Positions 28,468-40,426 of a DNA stretch of 64,000 nucleotides are shown here, piece by piece. The translations under genes were made by a program, and so were the position numbers. Each line of letters starts with the position of its first letter. Position 1 is the first letter of the stretch. This stretch comes from an uncultured Myxococcales bacterium (GTDB lineage Bacteria; Myxococcota_A; Polyangia; Fen-1088): assembly GCA_964647025.1 (NCBI GenBank), contig CAZYFU010000001.1:293-64292 (forward strand). The letters are read 5' to 3'. The notes beneath the pieces were generated by a model that saw only the letters and a program-made list of their open reading frames with translations, ran no database searches and was not told the DNA's origin.

Positions 28468-30150
28468 TCACTGCAACGAATAACTCGACAAAAGTGATCC
28501 GCCCAGAGCCACAAAATCGACTACCACTTGTGTCGGGCTAACTGTGACACGCGCGTGACCAGCGTCCGACCAGTACTGCTCATAACCAGTCGTTGAAGTG
28601 TCGAATTTCCAGGGCGCGCCCGAGCTGCCGGGCAGCGTGTAGTGGATGCCGTCGACAACCATGTCCGTGAAGACATGGTCGTGTCCGTAGAAGAATATCT
28701 GGACACCGTACGTGAGCAGCATCTGGTGAATCACGGCCTGCTCGCCGACATTGGCCGCACGACCGCCGCCGCGGCCATAGGCGGAATTCGAGCTGTCGCC
28801 TGCGTTGCCGCCAACGGCGTGGTGAATGAAAGTGAAGCGCCACTTCGAGGTCGCGTTGGCCAGCGTGGATTCCAACCACGCCAGCTGCGCCTGCCCGAGG
28901 GTCCAGTCGTCTGGCAGCCCCACCGGCCCGCTCAACAAATGGCACGTGGGCGTGTAGGTCATGACGTTGAGAACCACGAAGAGGGCGTCGCCCCACGTGA
29001 AAGCATAATAATCCTCGTTCGGGCTGCCGCCCTCGGGGTACGTGTCGGCCTTGGGGCCCGGCAAGTACAACTTGCGTTGGCTCGAAGAGCGCTCGATCGC
29101 CTCGCTCGGATTGCAGCCGCTCTCCCCCTCCCAATTGCCGATGGTGAGGAAATGCGCCGCGACGCCCAGGGTGTCCACCATCAAGCGTCGGTAGTTGAGG
29201 TAGGCCAGCCGGGCCCAGTGGCTGTCTGGTGGCGGCTCGTTGAAACCGAAGCGATGGTAGTCGAGCATGTCGCCCAGGTGGATGACGAAGTCGGGCTGGT
29301 CCTTGCGGATCCCGGCGGAAACGTCGAGCAGCGTGGTCTGGGCCTCCGACAAGTAGTCGTCGCCGCAGATGCTGGTACCTTCCGCGAGCGAGTCACACGG
29401 CTGGATGTGCGAGTCCGCCAGAATGTCGAAGGTGAACGATGCTCCAGCGGCGCGTTTGGTCATCGCGGAGCCAGTCGACAAGACGAGGGTCGCCCCGCCG
29501 TCCACGCCGTCTACGGCGAACACCTCGTACTGGTAGAGCCGACCACCGGCCAGGCCGGTGACTGCCCATTCGGCCACATCGGAGGCGGGCGTCGAAGGCG
29601 GCCCCAGCTCGGTCCACGGGGTGGTCCCCGCCTGGCGTACGCGTGCTCGAATCTCGCGAGGGTCGCCGAAGCGTAACACCGCGTTCAGTCCGAAGCCTTC
29701 GCTCGTGGGTGCCGACACCAGCGCCGCACCCACCAAGGTCGGGGCCGGCGAGCCGTCGACCGCGCCCGCGTCCGGGTCCGGGACCTCAGGCGTGCCCATC
29801 GGCACGTCGACGCCTTCGTCGACGGTCTGCTCGGTGTCGATCACGGTGGCATCCACGTCGAGAGGCGACGAATCCAATGGGGCCGCGTCCGTCTGTCGGG
29901 GCAGATCCGCGGCGTCCATCGCGGGCAACGACCGGGCCTCGCTCGAGGCTGCGTCAGGATGGGGCGGAGCCGTGCTGTCGACGCCAACGCCAAGGTCAAC
30001 GGCAGGCGCGGGAGCGTCCTCGCCACCGGTGCTCGGCAAGCTGTGGTCCCCGGGCGTCCTGGCGTCCACTCCCGACCGACGAGACATCCCCCCACAGGCG
30101 ACGAACAAGACGGACGAGACAATCCAGGTCACGACTCGGACTGCTTTCAT
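28468..30150 (-). CDS. calcineurin-like metallophosphoesterase lipoprotein (purple-acid-phosphatase-like)
   Basis: Start at MKAVRVVTWIVSSVLFVACGG (lipobox). Metallophosphatase motifs present: GDMLDYH, GNWE, GHDH. The upstream 417 codons of the 977-aa ORF are R/D/G-rich ghost sequence overlapping the opposite-strand regulator gene. Confidence 0.7.
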   Translation of the reverse strand: MKAVRVVTWIVSSVLFVACGGMSRRSGVDARTPGDHSLPSTGGEDAPAPAVDLGVGVDSTAPPHPDAASSEARSLPAMDAADLPRQTDAAPLDSSPLDVDATVIDTEQTVDEGVDVPMGTPEVPDPDAGAVDGSPAPTLVGAALVSAPTSEGFGLNAVLRFGDPREIRARVRQAGTTPWTELGPPSTPASDVAEWAVTGLAGGRLYQYEVFAVDGVDGGATLVLSTGSAMTKRAAGASFTFDILADSHIQPCDSLAEGTSICGDDYLSEAQTTLLDVSAGIRKDQPDFVIHLGDMLDYHRFGFNEPPPDSHWARLAYLNYRRLMVDTLGVAAHFLTIGNWEGESGCNPSEAIERSSSQRKLYLPGPKADTYPEGGSPNEDYYAFTWGDALFVVLNVMTYTPTCHLLSGPVGLPDDWTLGQAQLAWLESTLANATSKWRFTFIHHAVGGNAGDSSNSAYGRGGGRAANVGEQAVIHQMLLTYGVQIFFYGHDHVFTDMVVDGIHYTLPGSSGAPWKFDTSTTGYEQYWSDAGHARVTVSPTQVVVDFVALGGSLLSSYSLQ

Positions 30151-30267
30151 GCAACCTCCGGACGGCAATCGAGATTGTAGCGACGTGACCGCAGCGACGC
30201 CACGCCCATGTCGATAGACGGCCGTTAATTCCATTCCATCGCACGTCGGGATCGTTATAGTGGCGAT

Positions 30268-31800
<1,533 letters not shown>

Positions 31801-31855
31801 CCCTCCGTCTTTCCATTTGACACACTGGTGGAAAGCCGACTAGCACTGGCAGGCC

Positions 31856-33118
31856 ATGGACGCATTGACCCTCGGGGAAGCGCGCTTCCCGTCTCCTATT
31901 CCGAACCCTGTTGACGACCGCATCCGGATCCCGATCCAAATCGCGACGGTCCCCGGCGAGTCGGTGAAAGACGCTGGATCGTTCGAGCTGGCGGGCCCGC
32001 GTGCCCGACTGTTCTTCGATCCCAAAGCGACCCGCGCCGGCATCGTCACCTGCGGCGGCCTTTGCCCGGGTCTCAACAACGTCATTCGCTCGCTCTACCT
32101 CGAGCTGCACCACATCTACCAGGCCAAGGAGGTGCTGGGGTTCCGCAACGGGTACCAGGGGCTCGATCCCGCGGTCGGCGCCGCCCCCATCGTCCTCACC
32201 GACGACTTCGTCGAGGACATCCACAAGGAAGGCGGGACGGTGCTGGGAACGTCGCGCGGGCCCGCCAACGTAGAGAAGGCGGTGGACAACCTGATTCGCC
32301 TGGGCGTCGATATCCTGTTCACGGTCGGAGGCGATGGCACCCAGCGCGGAGCCAACGCCCTCTTTCAGGAGGCGCGCAGGCGAGGACACGCGCTCGCCGT
32401 GGTCGGCATCCCCAAGACCATCGACAACGACGTGGCGTTCGTCTCCCAGAGCTTCGGCTACCTGACCGCGGTCGAGGAAGCGGCCGAGGTCATCGAGCGC
32501 GCCCACACCGAGGCCCACAGCGTGCACAACGGAGTCTCGCTGGTGAAGCTGATGGGCCGCGACGCCGGCTTCGTCGCCGCCGGCGCCACCATCGCCAGCC
32601 AGGACGTGAACTTCACCCTGATCCCCGAGCAGCCGTTCAAGTTGGAGGGCGAGCACGGCTTGCTGGTGGCACTCGAGCGCCGCCTGCAGAAGCGCGCCCA
32701 CGCTGTCATCGTCGTCGCCGAGGGTGCCGGCCAAGACCTGTTCCCGTCGGCCAGCAGCGATCGGGATGCGTCGGGCAACCTCAAGATCAAGGACATCGGG
32801 TTGCTGCTCAAGGAGAAGATCGAGGCCTACTTCAAGGCGGAGAAGATGCCGATGGTTCTCCGCTACTTCGATCCCAGCTACTTCGTGCGCAGCAGCCGCG
32901 CGGACTCCGAAGACTCGATTCTGTGCGATCGCTTCGCCCGCAACGCGGTACACGCCGCCATGGCCGGCAAGACGGGCGTCGTCATCGGCCACATGCACGA
33001 TCACTTCGTGCACGTCCCCATCGAACGGCTCACCAGCACGAAGAAGCGGCTCGATCTGAATAGCAGCCAGTGGCGCGCGGTGCTGTCCTCGACGGGGCAG
33101 CCGCACGCCTTCACGTAG
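31856..33118 (+). CDS. pfk: 6-phosphofructokinase (PfkA family, long/PPi-type-like)
   Basis: Motifs GGLCPGLN, GGDGT and PKTIDND are present. 420 aa. Confidence 0.85.
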   Translation: MDALTLGEARFPSPIPNPVDDRIRIPIQIATVPGESVKDAGSFELAGPRARLFFDPKATRAGIVTCGGLCPGLNNVIRSLYLELHHIYQAKEVLGFRNGYQGLDPAVGAAPIVLTDDFVEDIHKEGGTVLGTSRGPANVEKAVDNLIRLGVDILFTVGGDGTQRGANALFQEARRRGHALAVVGIPKTIDNDVAFVSQSFGYLTAVEEAAEVIERAHTEAHSVHNGVSLVKLMGRDAGFVAAGATIASQDVNFTLIPEQPFKLEGEHGLLVALERRLQKRAHAVIVVAEGAGQDLFPSASSDRDASGNLKIKDIGLLLKEKIEAYFKAEKMPMVLRYFDPSYFVRSSRADSEDSILCDRFARNAVHAAMAGKTGVVIGHMHDHFVHVPIERLTSTKKRLDLNSSQWRAVLSSTGQPHAFT

Positions 33119-33135
33119 AACGAAGACCGGGCGCT

Positions 33136-34548
33136 CTAGACGGCGATCCGCTCCGACTCGACCAGCTTGGCCTTCTCGACGATAGCGGCCCGGAGGCGCG
33201 CCAGCTCGCGCACCATGAACACCGCGCCGACTACCGCGAAGGGCAGATCCGCCAGCGGCGCCGCAAGGTACATGCCGTAGAACCCGAACAAGTGCGGGAG
33301 CCCGAGGAAGAGCGGAATGGCGAGGACCTGGCGACCGAGCAACAGGATCGAGGCCTTGCGCGGCTCGTGCACGCTCAGGAAGTAATGGGCCATGCCTCCC
33401 GCCAGGCTGAACAGGGAGATGGGAACCACGAACCACGGGAGCCCGCGAGCGACCATCTCGATGAGCTCGGGGTCGGACTTGCTGAACAGCCCGGCCACGG
33501 GCCCAGGAAAGGCCGCGATCATGACCGAGAACAGCACTCCCATCCCGGCGCAGCTGAGCAAGACCCGAATCAGGATGGCGCGGACCCGGTCGAGGCGGTC
33601 GGCACCTTTGTTGAATCCAACGAGCGGCATCATCGCCTGCATCACGCCCAGCGAGGGATAGATGAGCAACATGGCGACCGTGTTGAGCACCCCGAGCGTG
33701 GCCAAGCCGCGACTGCCCGCCTGGCTGGCGGCGCCGTGATTCGCGGCCAGGAAGACCGCGGTGGCCAGAATCTGCATGAGCCCGAAGGGCGCGCCCAGCG
33801 TGATGATGGCGCGAGCGGTGGCGCGGTCGGAGCGCAGCAAGTGCCCGCGAATGGCGAGCACGCTATGCCGACTCTGCACGAACGCCACGACCAACGCGCA
33901 GCCGACGACCTGGGACACCGCTGTCGCCAGCGCGGTGCCGATCACCCCCCAGTGCAGGACGAAGACCGCGACCAGCGCAAGGCACACGTTCAGCACGTTG
34001 CTACCCAGCATGAAGCCGAGACCGAGCATGGGGCGCCCCTGCACGCGCAGGATGTTGCCCATCGCGATGAGCACGATCACGAAGATCTGTCCGACCGCCA
34101 GGACGCGCGCGAAGGGAACCGCCATGGGCAGGAGCCGGACCTCGCACCCGCAAGCCAAGAGCAAAGGCCGCGTGAACGCGAACGTGACCAGCGCGAGCAC
34201 GACGCCGAAAATCAGCGCGAGACGCACGCTTTGCCCGAGCACACGCTCGGCGCCGTCGCGATCCTTCTGTCCCAGCAGAACCGAGATCCGATTGCCGGTG
34301 CCCGTGCCGAGCAGCAGCGCGGCCGCCATCCCGACGATGGATAGCGGAAATGCGGCGGTGACGGCGGCCATCGCGTCGGTACCGACGCCCCGACCCACGA
34401 TAATCCGATCCGCGAACTGGTAGAGGGCGTTCGCGAGGAAGCCAGCGATGGCGGGCAGCGAATAGCGGGCGAGCAACCGACCGACTGGCTGTTCGCCCAT
34501 GTGTCGTACTTGTTCCATAGGACTGCGAGTGGCTAGCACGCCTGCCAA
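33136..34548 (-). CDS. MATE-family efflux transporter
   Basis: 12 TM segments with MATE-like N-terminal conservation (LPAIAGFLANALYQFADRIIVGR). The true start is possibly an internal Met around 34500. Confidence 0.75.
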   Translation of the reverse strand: MAGVLATRSPMEQVRHMGEQPVGRLLARYSLPAIAGFLANALYQFADRIIVGRGVGTDAMAAVTAAFPLSIVGMAAALLLGTGTGNRISVLLGQKDRDGAERVLGQSVRLALIFGVVLALVTFAFTRPLLLACGCEVRLLPMAVPFARVLAVGQIFVIVLIAMGNILRVQGRPMLGLGFMLGSNVLNVCLALVAVFVLHWGVIGTALATAVSQVVGCALVVAFVQSRHSVLAIRGHLLRSDRATARAIITLGAPFGLMQILATAVFLAANHGAASQAGSRGLATLGVLNTVAMLLIYPSLGVMQAMMPLVGFNKGADRLDRVRAILIRVLLSCAGMGVLFSVMIAAFPGPVAGLFSKSDPELIEMVARGLPWFVVPISLFSLAGGMAHYFLSVHEPRKASILLLGRQVLAIPLFLGLPHLFGFYGMYLAAPLADLPFAVVGAVFMVRELARLRAAIVEKAKLVESERIAV

Positions 34549-34768
34549 AGATTCCGCAAGCCTGGCTCGACGGTTCGTTACGGCAAGAGCCCCCCGAAGA
34601 CGTAGCCTCCAGGCAGCCCGGCGCGGCTTTGCGGGAACACCTCGTTACCATCTCGAACGATCGGCACGACTCGAAGGCGGCGCCCGACGCCGTTCCCCTG
34701 GCGCTTTCTCTTTCCACGCCAGCCCACTTGGCCCCTCGGCGCCGCCTGAACAAGCGACAATCCCATGA

Positions 34769-36034
34769 TTGTCCTGTCCCGCTCCGAGTACGGTGGCATA
34801 TTTGCATGGTGACTGGGTTCAGGCATTCATGACTATCCAGGCCAACACATCGCCTCGTGAGACCACGGACCGCGGCAGACTCCACGACGAGATCCTGCAC
34901 ACCGAGGAACGCTTCCGTCTGCTCGTGAATAGCGTGCAGGACTACGCGATCTTCATGCTCGACGCCGAGGGCATCGTGGCGACATGGAACAGTGGCGCCG
35001 AGCGGATCAAGGGCTACAAGGCAGAAGAGATCATCGGTCGCCACTTCTCGCTGTTTCGGACGCCCGAGGAGGCCCGCTCGGGGGTTTGCGAGCGCGAGCT
35101 CGCCGTTGCCGCGCGCGACGGCAAGCTGGAGGAGGAAGGCTGGCGCCTCCGCAAGGACGGCTCCCGGTTCTGGGCCAACGTGGTGCTTACCGCGATCCGC
35201 GGGCGTGACGGCGAGCTCATCGGTTTCGCGAAGGTGACGCGAGATCTGACTCAACGACAGCTGCTCGACAGCGAGCGGCTGCAACGTGCCCGGGCGGAGG
35301 AGGCGGTGCGCTTGCGGGACGAGTTCCTCCTCATTGCCGCACACGAGCTGCGGACCCCGTTGACCTCCCTGCGCCTCGATCTCTACGGCATCGAGCAGGA
35401 GGTCTCCCGGCCGCAATCGACCGATTCCTCCAAGGCCCCCGCGAAGATCGCCAAGAAGGTCGAACGGGCCGTACGGAACTCGGAGCGGCTGGCCGCCCTC
35501 ATCGACTCGCTGCTCAACGTGTCCCGCTTGGCGCACGGCAAGCTCGTCCTCAAGCCCGTTCGGCTCGACTTGGTCCAGGTCGTCGCACACTCGGTCGAGG
35601 GCATTCGAAGCCAGGCGGCGAAGGCCGGCTGCGAGATCGTCTCCTCGTCGGCGGAGCAGCTTCTCGGGGTCTGGGATCCGCTGCGTATGGAACAGGTCTT
35701 CATGAACCTTCTGTCCAATGCCCTGAAGTACGGCGCCGGTTCACCTGTGGAGATTCGCGTCTTCGCCGAAGGCGAGGACGCCGCCGTGGAGATCAGTGAC
35801 CGCGGCCCCGGCATTCCCGAGACCGACCTCGATCGGATCTTCGATCGATTCGAGAGAGGGTCTGCGGCAGGCAGCCAAGGCGGCCTCGGCCTCGGCTTGT
35901 TCATCTCGCGCGAGATCATACGCGCCCACGCAGGCTCCATTCGCGCCTCCAACCGCGCAGGCGGGGGAGCGACGTTCATGGTTCGGTTGCCCATGCAGAG
36001 ACACGGCGTGCCGCCCACACTCGGGGAACCGTGA
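34769..36034 (+). CDS. PAS-domain sensor histidine kinase
   Basis: PAS domain (VATWNSGAERIKGY). HisKA H-box HELRTPLTSL. HATPase_c G-boxes (DRGPGIP, GLGLGL). Confidence 0.85.
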   Translation: MSCPAPSTVAYLHGDWVQAFMTIQANTSPRETTDRGRLHDEILHTEERFRLLVNSVQDYAIFMLDAEGIVATWNSGAERIKGYKAEEIIGRHFSLFRTPEEARSGVCERELAVAARDGKLEEEGWRLRKDGSRFWANVVLTAIRGRDGELIGFAKVTRDLTQRQLLDSERLQRARAEEAVRLRDEFLLIAAHELRTPLTSLRLDLYGIEQEVSRPQSTDSSKAPAKIAKKVERAVRNSERLAALIDSLLNVSRLAHGKLVLKPVRLDLVQVVAHSVEGIRSQAAKAGCEIVSSSAEQLLGVWDPLRMEQVFMNLLSNALKYGAGSPVEIRVFAEGEDAAVEISDRGPGIPETDLDRIFDRFERGSAAGSQGGLGLGLFISREIIRAHAGSIRASNRAGGGATFMVRLPMQRHGVPPTLGEP

Positions 36035-36435
36035 TGTCGGCACCGCGCCAGGCCGATCGGGCTGTGTTGGTCGTTGATGACGACGACGACATCCGCGAGA
36101 GCCTGATAGGGTTCCTGGAGGCGGAGGGCTATTGTCCGATCGGCGCGCCCAACGGAAAACGAGCGCTCGAGCTGCTCGCCGCCCTCGAATCACCCCCGCG
36201 CCTCATCGTCCTGGATCTGATGATGCCGGTCATGGATGGTCGCGTCTTCAGAAAGGAACAGCAGCGTTCCCCGACGCTGGCAAAGATACCGGTCGTGCTC
36301 ATCTCTGCTTATGCGCCCGATCCTGCCGAGGTTGCCCGGGAGCTTCGAATCCCCGACTTCTTGTCGAAGCCCGTCGATCCGGTCGTGTTGCTGCAGTTGA
36401 TTGGCGACAGATTCGACAAGGCTGGCTGCTCGTAG
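36031..36435 (+). CDS. single-domain response regulator (CheY-like receiver)
   Basis: VLVVDDDDDIRE ... LDLMMPVMDG ... K in the SKP block. Its start overlaps the kinase stop by 4 bp. Confidence 0.85.
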   Translation: MMSAPRQADRAVLVVDDDDDIRESLIGFLEAEGYCPIGAPNGKRALELLAALESPPRLIVLDLMMPVMDGRVFRKEQQRSPTLAKIPVVLISAYAPDPAEVARELRIPDFLSKPVDPVVLLQLIGDRFDKAGCS

Positions 36436-36438
36436 CCG

Positions 36439-36834
36439 CTATGGCGAGGCCGTCGACGCCGGAGCCGAAACGCCGGCGTCGATCGGAGGCGAGATTCCGT
36501 GCTGGGCTTCGGCCGCGCCCCTTCGCAGCTCGGCCGCCGATGCGTCCACGGATCGGCTGGCCTTGGCCAGGGCCTTGATACCCAGGACCACCCCCAAGGC
36601 GAGAACGGCGCCAAATACCGCCAGCGCGATGCTCGCGCCTCGTTGGTGAGGGACCTTGTCGAAATCGCCGGTGCGCAATCTGCGCGCGCGCAGCTCGTCT
36701 TCGGCCAAATCGGGGACGTCTTGCCACGCCGAGGCTTCGTGCTTTTCCCCCTCACTGAAGAAGCGCAGGGTCGTGTGGCCAAACGGTTGGCTCCTTCGCC
36801 TGGGTGGCTCGACGCGCTTGTTGTCGAATGGCAT
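36439..36834 (-). CDS. hypothetical membrane protein
   Basis: 131 aa with one TM helix (IALAVFGAVLALGVVLGI). GC3-rich codon usage. No family assigned. Confidence 0.35.
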   Translation of the reverse strand: MPFDNKRVEPPRRRSQPFGHTTLRFFSEGEKHEASAWQDVPDLAEDELRARRLRTGDFDKVPHQRGASIALAVFGAVLALGVVLGIKALAKASRSVDASAAELRRGAAEAQHGISPPIDAGVSAPASTASP

Positions 36835-36861
36835 GCGACTACTTCTCCCCTCGCCGACCCG

Positions 36862-37164
36862 TCACGGATTCAGTTGTCGCTTGGCCATCTCCTCCATCGC
36901 GTGGGCCAACTTCGCGTCCAAAGACGAAATGCCCCCGAGGTCGTGCGTGGAGAGCGCGATGCGCACCATGTTCCAACTGTTGGACCAGTCCGGGTGGTGG
37001 CCCATCTCCTGTGCAACCAAGGCCACACTCGTCATGAAGCTGAAGGCCGCGATGAAGTTCATGAACTGGTACTCGCGGCACAGCTTCCCACCGTCCAGGC
37101 GCCAATTGGGCAGCTTGGCCAAGACGCCAGACAACTCCGCTTCGCTCAGCTTGTTTGCAGTCAT
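36862..37164 (-). CDS. phhB: 4a-hydroxytetrahydrobiopterin dehydratase (pterin-4-alpha-carbinolamine dehydratase)
   Basis: C-terminal 100 aa (MTANKLSEAELSGVLAKLPNWRL ... HHPDWSNSWN ... STHD) matches the PCD family. The upstream part of the 177-aa ORF is not PCD-like. Confidence 0.7.
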   Translation of the reverse strand: MTANKLSEAELSGVLAKLPNWRLDGGKLCREYQFMNFIAAFSFMTSVALVAQEMGHHPDWSNSWNMVRIALSTHDLGGISSLDAKLAHAMEEMAKRQLNP

Positions 37165-37276
37165 GTCCGGAACGAGGGGCAAGTCCAATGCCATCGGGTT
37201 CTCTTGCCCGCGATCGGCGCGAATACCGCCGTCATCGGCACGGCCGAGCCCAAGCCTTCGCTTCAGCATCGTAGGG

Positions 37277-37822
37277 GGCATGTCAAGCGCGGCGAGGCCG
37301 AGGGAGGTGGCGGTAACCGGATTGGGCGTGATCAGCGCGCCTGGCTCGACCCCGGCGCAGTACTGGGAACGGGTGCGAGGTGCCACCACGAGCATGCAGA
37401 CCGTGGCGCCCGCAGCGGCGGATTCGTCAATCGCGCCGTATCAGGCCGCGGTCGACGATCTCGTGTTGAATCAGGAGCTCGACAGGTTACGCATTCGTGC
37501 GCCCGGGCGCGTGGTTCAGCTGGCCGCCGCGCTCCGTGACGCCGGCTGCGAGCCGTCGCAGGTCGGGTACGTCAACGCCCACGGCACCGCGACGAGAGAG
37601 AACGACCTGGCCGAGGCCAAGGCCATGCATCGGGTATTCGGCGAGCGCCAACAACAGCCGCCCATCTCGTCGATCAAGCCGGTCACGGGGCGCACGCTTG
37701 GCGCATCGGGTGCCCTGGAAGCGGTCGCCATCATCAAGGCACTGGAGGCCGGCATCATGCCGCCCAATGCGAATCTGTCAGCGCCCGACCCGGCCTGTGC
37801 TGTCCATGCCCTGCGCGAGCCT
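37277..37822 (+). pseudogene. beta-ketoacyl synthase (KAS I/II-type) remnant with internal deletion
   Basis: KS N-terminus (REVAVTGLGVISAPG) is joined directly to the KS C-terminal roughly 110 aa (GYVNAHGTATRENDLAEAKA...SSIKPVTGRTLGASGA). The central roughly 250 aa including the active-site Cys are absent. The frame then degenerates. Confidence 0.6.
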
Positions 37823-37824
37823 TC

Positions 37825-38043
37825 GTGCTGCTCGAATCCACGCGCCTCCGAGAGGACCTGGGGCTCGATTCGTTCGCCGCCGTGGAGTTGGTCTTCGAAG
37901 TGGAGGACCTGTTCGACGTCCGCATTCCGCAGGCCACCGCGATGACCTTCCAGACGGTCGCGGACGTGATCTCCTACCTGTCCGTCGAGCTGGCGCCGCC
38001 GCGCCCGAGTGTCCCCCTTCCGAGCGGTGCCGGTGCTCCCTGA
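37825..38043 (+). pseudogene. acyl carrier protein remnant (N-terminally truncated)
   Basis: The LGLDSFAAVEL phosphopantetheine-site motif lies only 16 aa from a GTG start, so helix I is missing. It is in a different frame from the KS remnant. Confidence 0.5.
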
Positions 38044-38760
38044 CCACGAGGTCCTCGTCCTCGGCGGGGGGCCCGCCGGCAGCATGGCCGCGCTCACCCT
38101 CGCCAGCGCTGGTGTTGCGTGCCGGCTGGTCGAACGCAACGACGAGATCCCGCCCAGGGCCTGCGGCGACTTCCTGTCGGCCGAGGCGGTGCAGCGCTTG
38201 CGAGTGCTGGGGTTCCCCTGGGCCGAGGCTCAGGCGAGCAGCGTGCGCGCGATCCAGCTTCAGGCCCAGGGGCGTGCGGTGACGGCGAAGCTTCCGTTCG
38301 AAGGGCGCACCGTGGGCCGGGGATTTCTCGATGCTTGGCTCGGGCAAGTACGGACGCGCACGCTGATCCTGGCGTGCGGCAAGCACGGGCTCGGGCCGTT
38401 CCACGAACGACGCGTCGACCGCGGCCAGATCCTCGTGGGGTGGAAGATGAGCTTCACTCACCTCGGTCGCGCGGTGTCGCGGGCGCTCGACGAAACACTC
38501 TGCCTCTTCGCCTTCGCCGGTGGGTATGGAGGCATCGTCCGAAGAGACCCCGCTCCTTGCGCTGCTTCTGGCCGAGTCCGAGCCCACGTGGGATCGACCG
38601 AAGACCGTCGCCAACCTGCCCTACGGTTACTGCGAGGACCGCAGCCAGCCCGGGCTATTTCCCGTCGGCGACCAGTTTGCGGTCTTGCCCTCGTTCACCG
38701 GCACGGGCGTCTCTTTCGCCATGGCCAGCGGCGTAGCGGCGGCGAGAGCCATCCTTCGCT
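38009..38760 (+). pseudogene. FAD-dependent oxidoreductase (geranylgeranyl-reductase/flavin monooxygenase-like), frameshifted
   Basis: The N-terminal GxGxxG (VLVLGGGPAGSMAA) is in frame A. The C-terminal GD..AV.PSFTGTGVSFAM.SG motif is in frame B starting around 38520. A frameshift lies between 38500 and 38590. Confidence 0.55.
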
Positions 38761-38849
38761 CACCGGGTCCCGAGGCGGCGAGCCGCTACTTCCGCGATGG
38801 CCAGCGGATGGCCCGGCCCGTGCTGCGCAGGGCGCTGCCGCTTCACCGG

Positions 38850-39230
38850 CTGCTGCAAGACCCTGGCTTCGTGCGATTGGGGATGCACCTCGTCGACTGG
38901 GTGCCGAGCTTGATCTCGGCCCTTCCCCCCGTGTTCTCGGCGCTGCTCGACTCGCTTGCTGTCGACCGGGGCGACATTCGACATTGGGCCGTTCATCCCG
39001 GCGGCCCGGCCATCTTGGACCAAGCAAAGGCAGCGCTGGGAATCGATGAAGGTGCCGTGGCGACGGCCCGACAGCTCCTCGCCGAGCACGGCAACATGAG
39101 CTCGGCCACGATTTGGTTTCTCCTCGACCGTATTCGCCGGCAAGCACAGACGGGGCTGGTCTACGCCTGCGGCTTCGGTCCCGGACTGACGCTGGAGTCC
39201 GCGGTGCTCTCACATCGAGGCGTGGGCTGA
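38850..39230 (+). pseudogene. type III polyketide synthase (chalcone/stilbene synthase family) C-terminal fragment, fused in frame to the oxidoreductase remnant
   Basis: WAVHPGGPAILDQ ... GNMSSATIWFLLD ... GFGPGLTLESAVL aligns with the last roughly 130 aa of type III PKS. The N-terminal roughly 250 aa including the catalytic Cys are absent. Confidence 0.6.
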
Positions 39231-39951
39231 TGCTCGCCTTCGAAGAGCGTGCCTTCCTGCCCGAAGCGATGGACGCGCACGATGCCGACCGACGCAAGCT
39301 CGAGCGCAGCTACCAGCAGCTCGCCACCATCAATCGCTACCTCTCTCGCATGCGTGGGCTGCTTTGGCGCAACGTGGTTGCGCCGGCACGGCGCTCGGGC
39401 AACTCGCCCACGGTGCTGGAGGTGGACTGCGGCGGTGGCGACGTTCTCGGCTGGCTCGAGTTGGCAGGACGGAAGGCGGGCGTCCGGCTGCGCCTGCTGG
39501 GGATCGATCCCGATCCAAGGCGGTCGCACACGCGCGCACGACCGTCGCGGCATTTCCCGAGGTGACGGTGCAGCAGGGCGACATCACCGACCTCGGGGGC
39601 GATGGCATGGTCGCGGACTACGTGTTCTGCAATCACGTCCTTCATCACATCCCGCCGCCTGCGATCGCAGCCGCCCTGCGTTCGCTGCGACGGGCTGCCA
39701 AACGCCGCCTGCTGGTGAACGACCTCGAACGCTCCGTCGCCGCCTACGCCGCGTTCTCGGTGTTGGCCCGGGTCGCCTTTCACGACAGCTTCGTCCGTGA
39801 TGACGGGCGACTATCCATTCGCAAGGGATTTCGAGTTTCCGAGCTTTGGGCCGCGTGCAGGCAGGCGGAGTTCCCGCGCAACTCGCGGGTCTTTCGCCTT
39901 CCGCCGTGGCGGGTGGTGATCGCGGCCCCGGGCGGCTACGGGGATGACTGA
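39230..39951 (+). pseudogene. class I SAM-dependent methyltransferase, frameshifted near 39525
   Basis: Motif I VLEVDCGGGDVLGWL is in frame 1, which ends ...LGIDPDPR. The continuation ...AVAHARTTVAAFPEVTVQQGDITD... and motifs II/III (DYVFCNHVLHHIP) are in frame 2. Confidence 0.6.
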
Positions 39952-40018
39952 GGGTCAGGGCAGATCTCGGCCCTCGGCAGACTGCCGCACGACCTGCCCG
40001 CACCGCAGGAAACCGCGG

Positions 40019-40237
40019 TCAGACGTCTTCGTGAGCGGACGCCGCCAACATCGCCCCCAGCGGCGCCCCCACGCTGGCGCCCAGGACAGCCATCACGACG
40101 GCGACGACATCACCTTGAGCAGCGCCCAGCACGCCACAAATCGCCGCCGCCGTCAGCCCGCCTGCGGCGGTGCCCAAGGGGTGGTTGGATATCCGCTCCG
40201 CCAGACTGTGCTTCTTCAGGTTGATGCTATTTGCCAT
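40019..40237 (-). CDS. small glycine-zipper membrane protein
   Basis: Start at MANSINLKK. Two Gly/Ala-zipper TM segments (GTAAGGLTAAAICGVLGAAQG; AVLGASVGAPLGAMLAA). Confidence 0.45.
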   Translation of the reverse strand: MANSINLKKHSLAERISNHPLGTAAGGLTAAAICGVLGAAQGDVVAVVMAVLGASVGAPLGAMLAASAHEDV

Positions 40238-40426
40238 CACAGACCTCCATCCATCCAAGCAAAGCAACCGAACGACCCGACTTCCTGATGCACGAGCCGA
40301 CCTACCGCCGGCCGACTCACAACCCTGTCAATTCCAATACCCCCGACGCAGCCCGGATGCAAACCATTCCGCTTCGTGCCGAGCAAACACGAATCGCTGC
40401 GCGGCTTTCTGCTATTCTCCTTCGTC

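Noticed and set aside
36656-37276. First 207 codons of plus-strand ORF 36656..37945
   Set aside because: Overlaps the minus-strand pterin dehydratase and hypothetical genes and has no similarity. Only the part from 37277 is KS-like.
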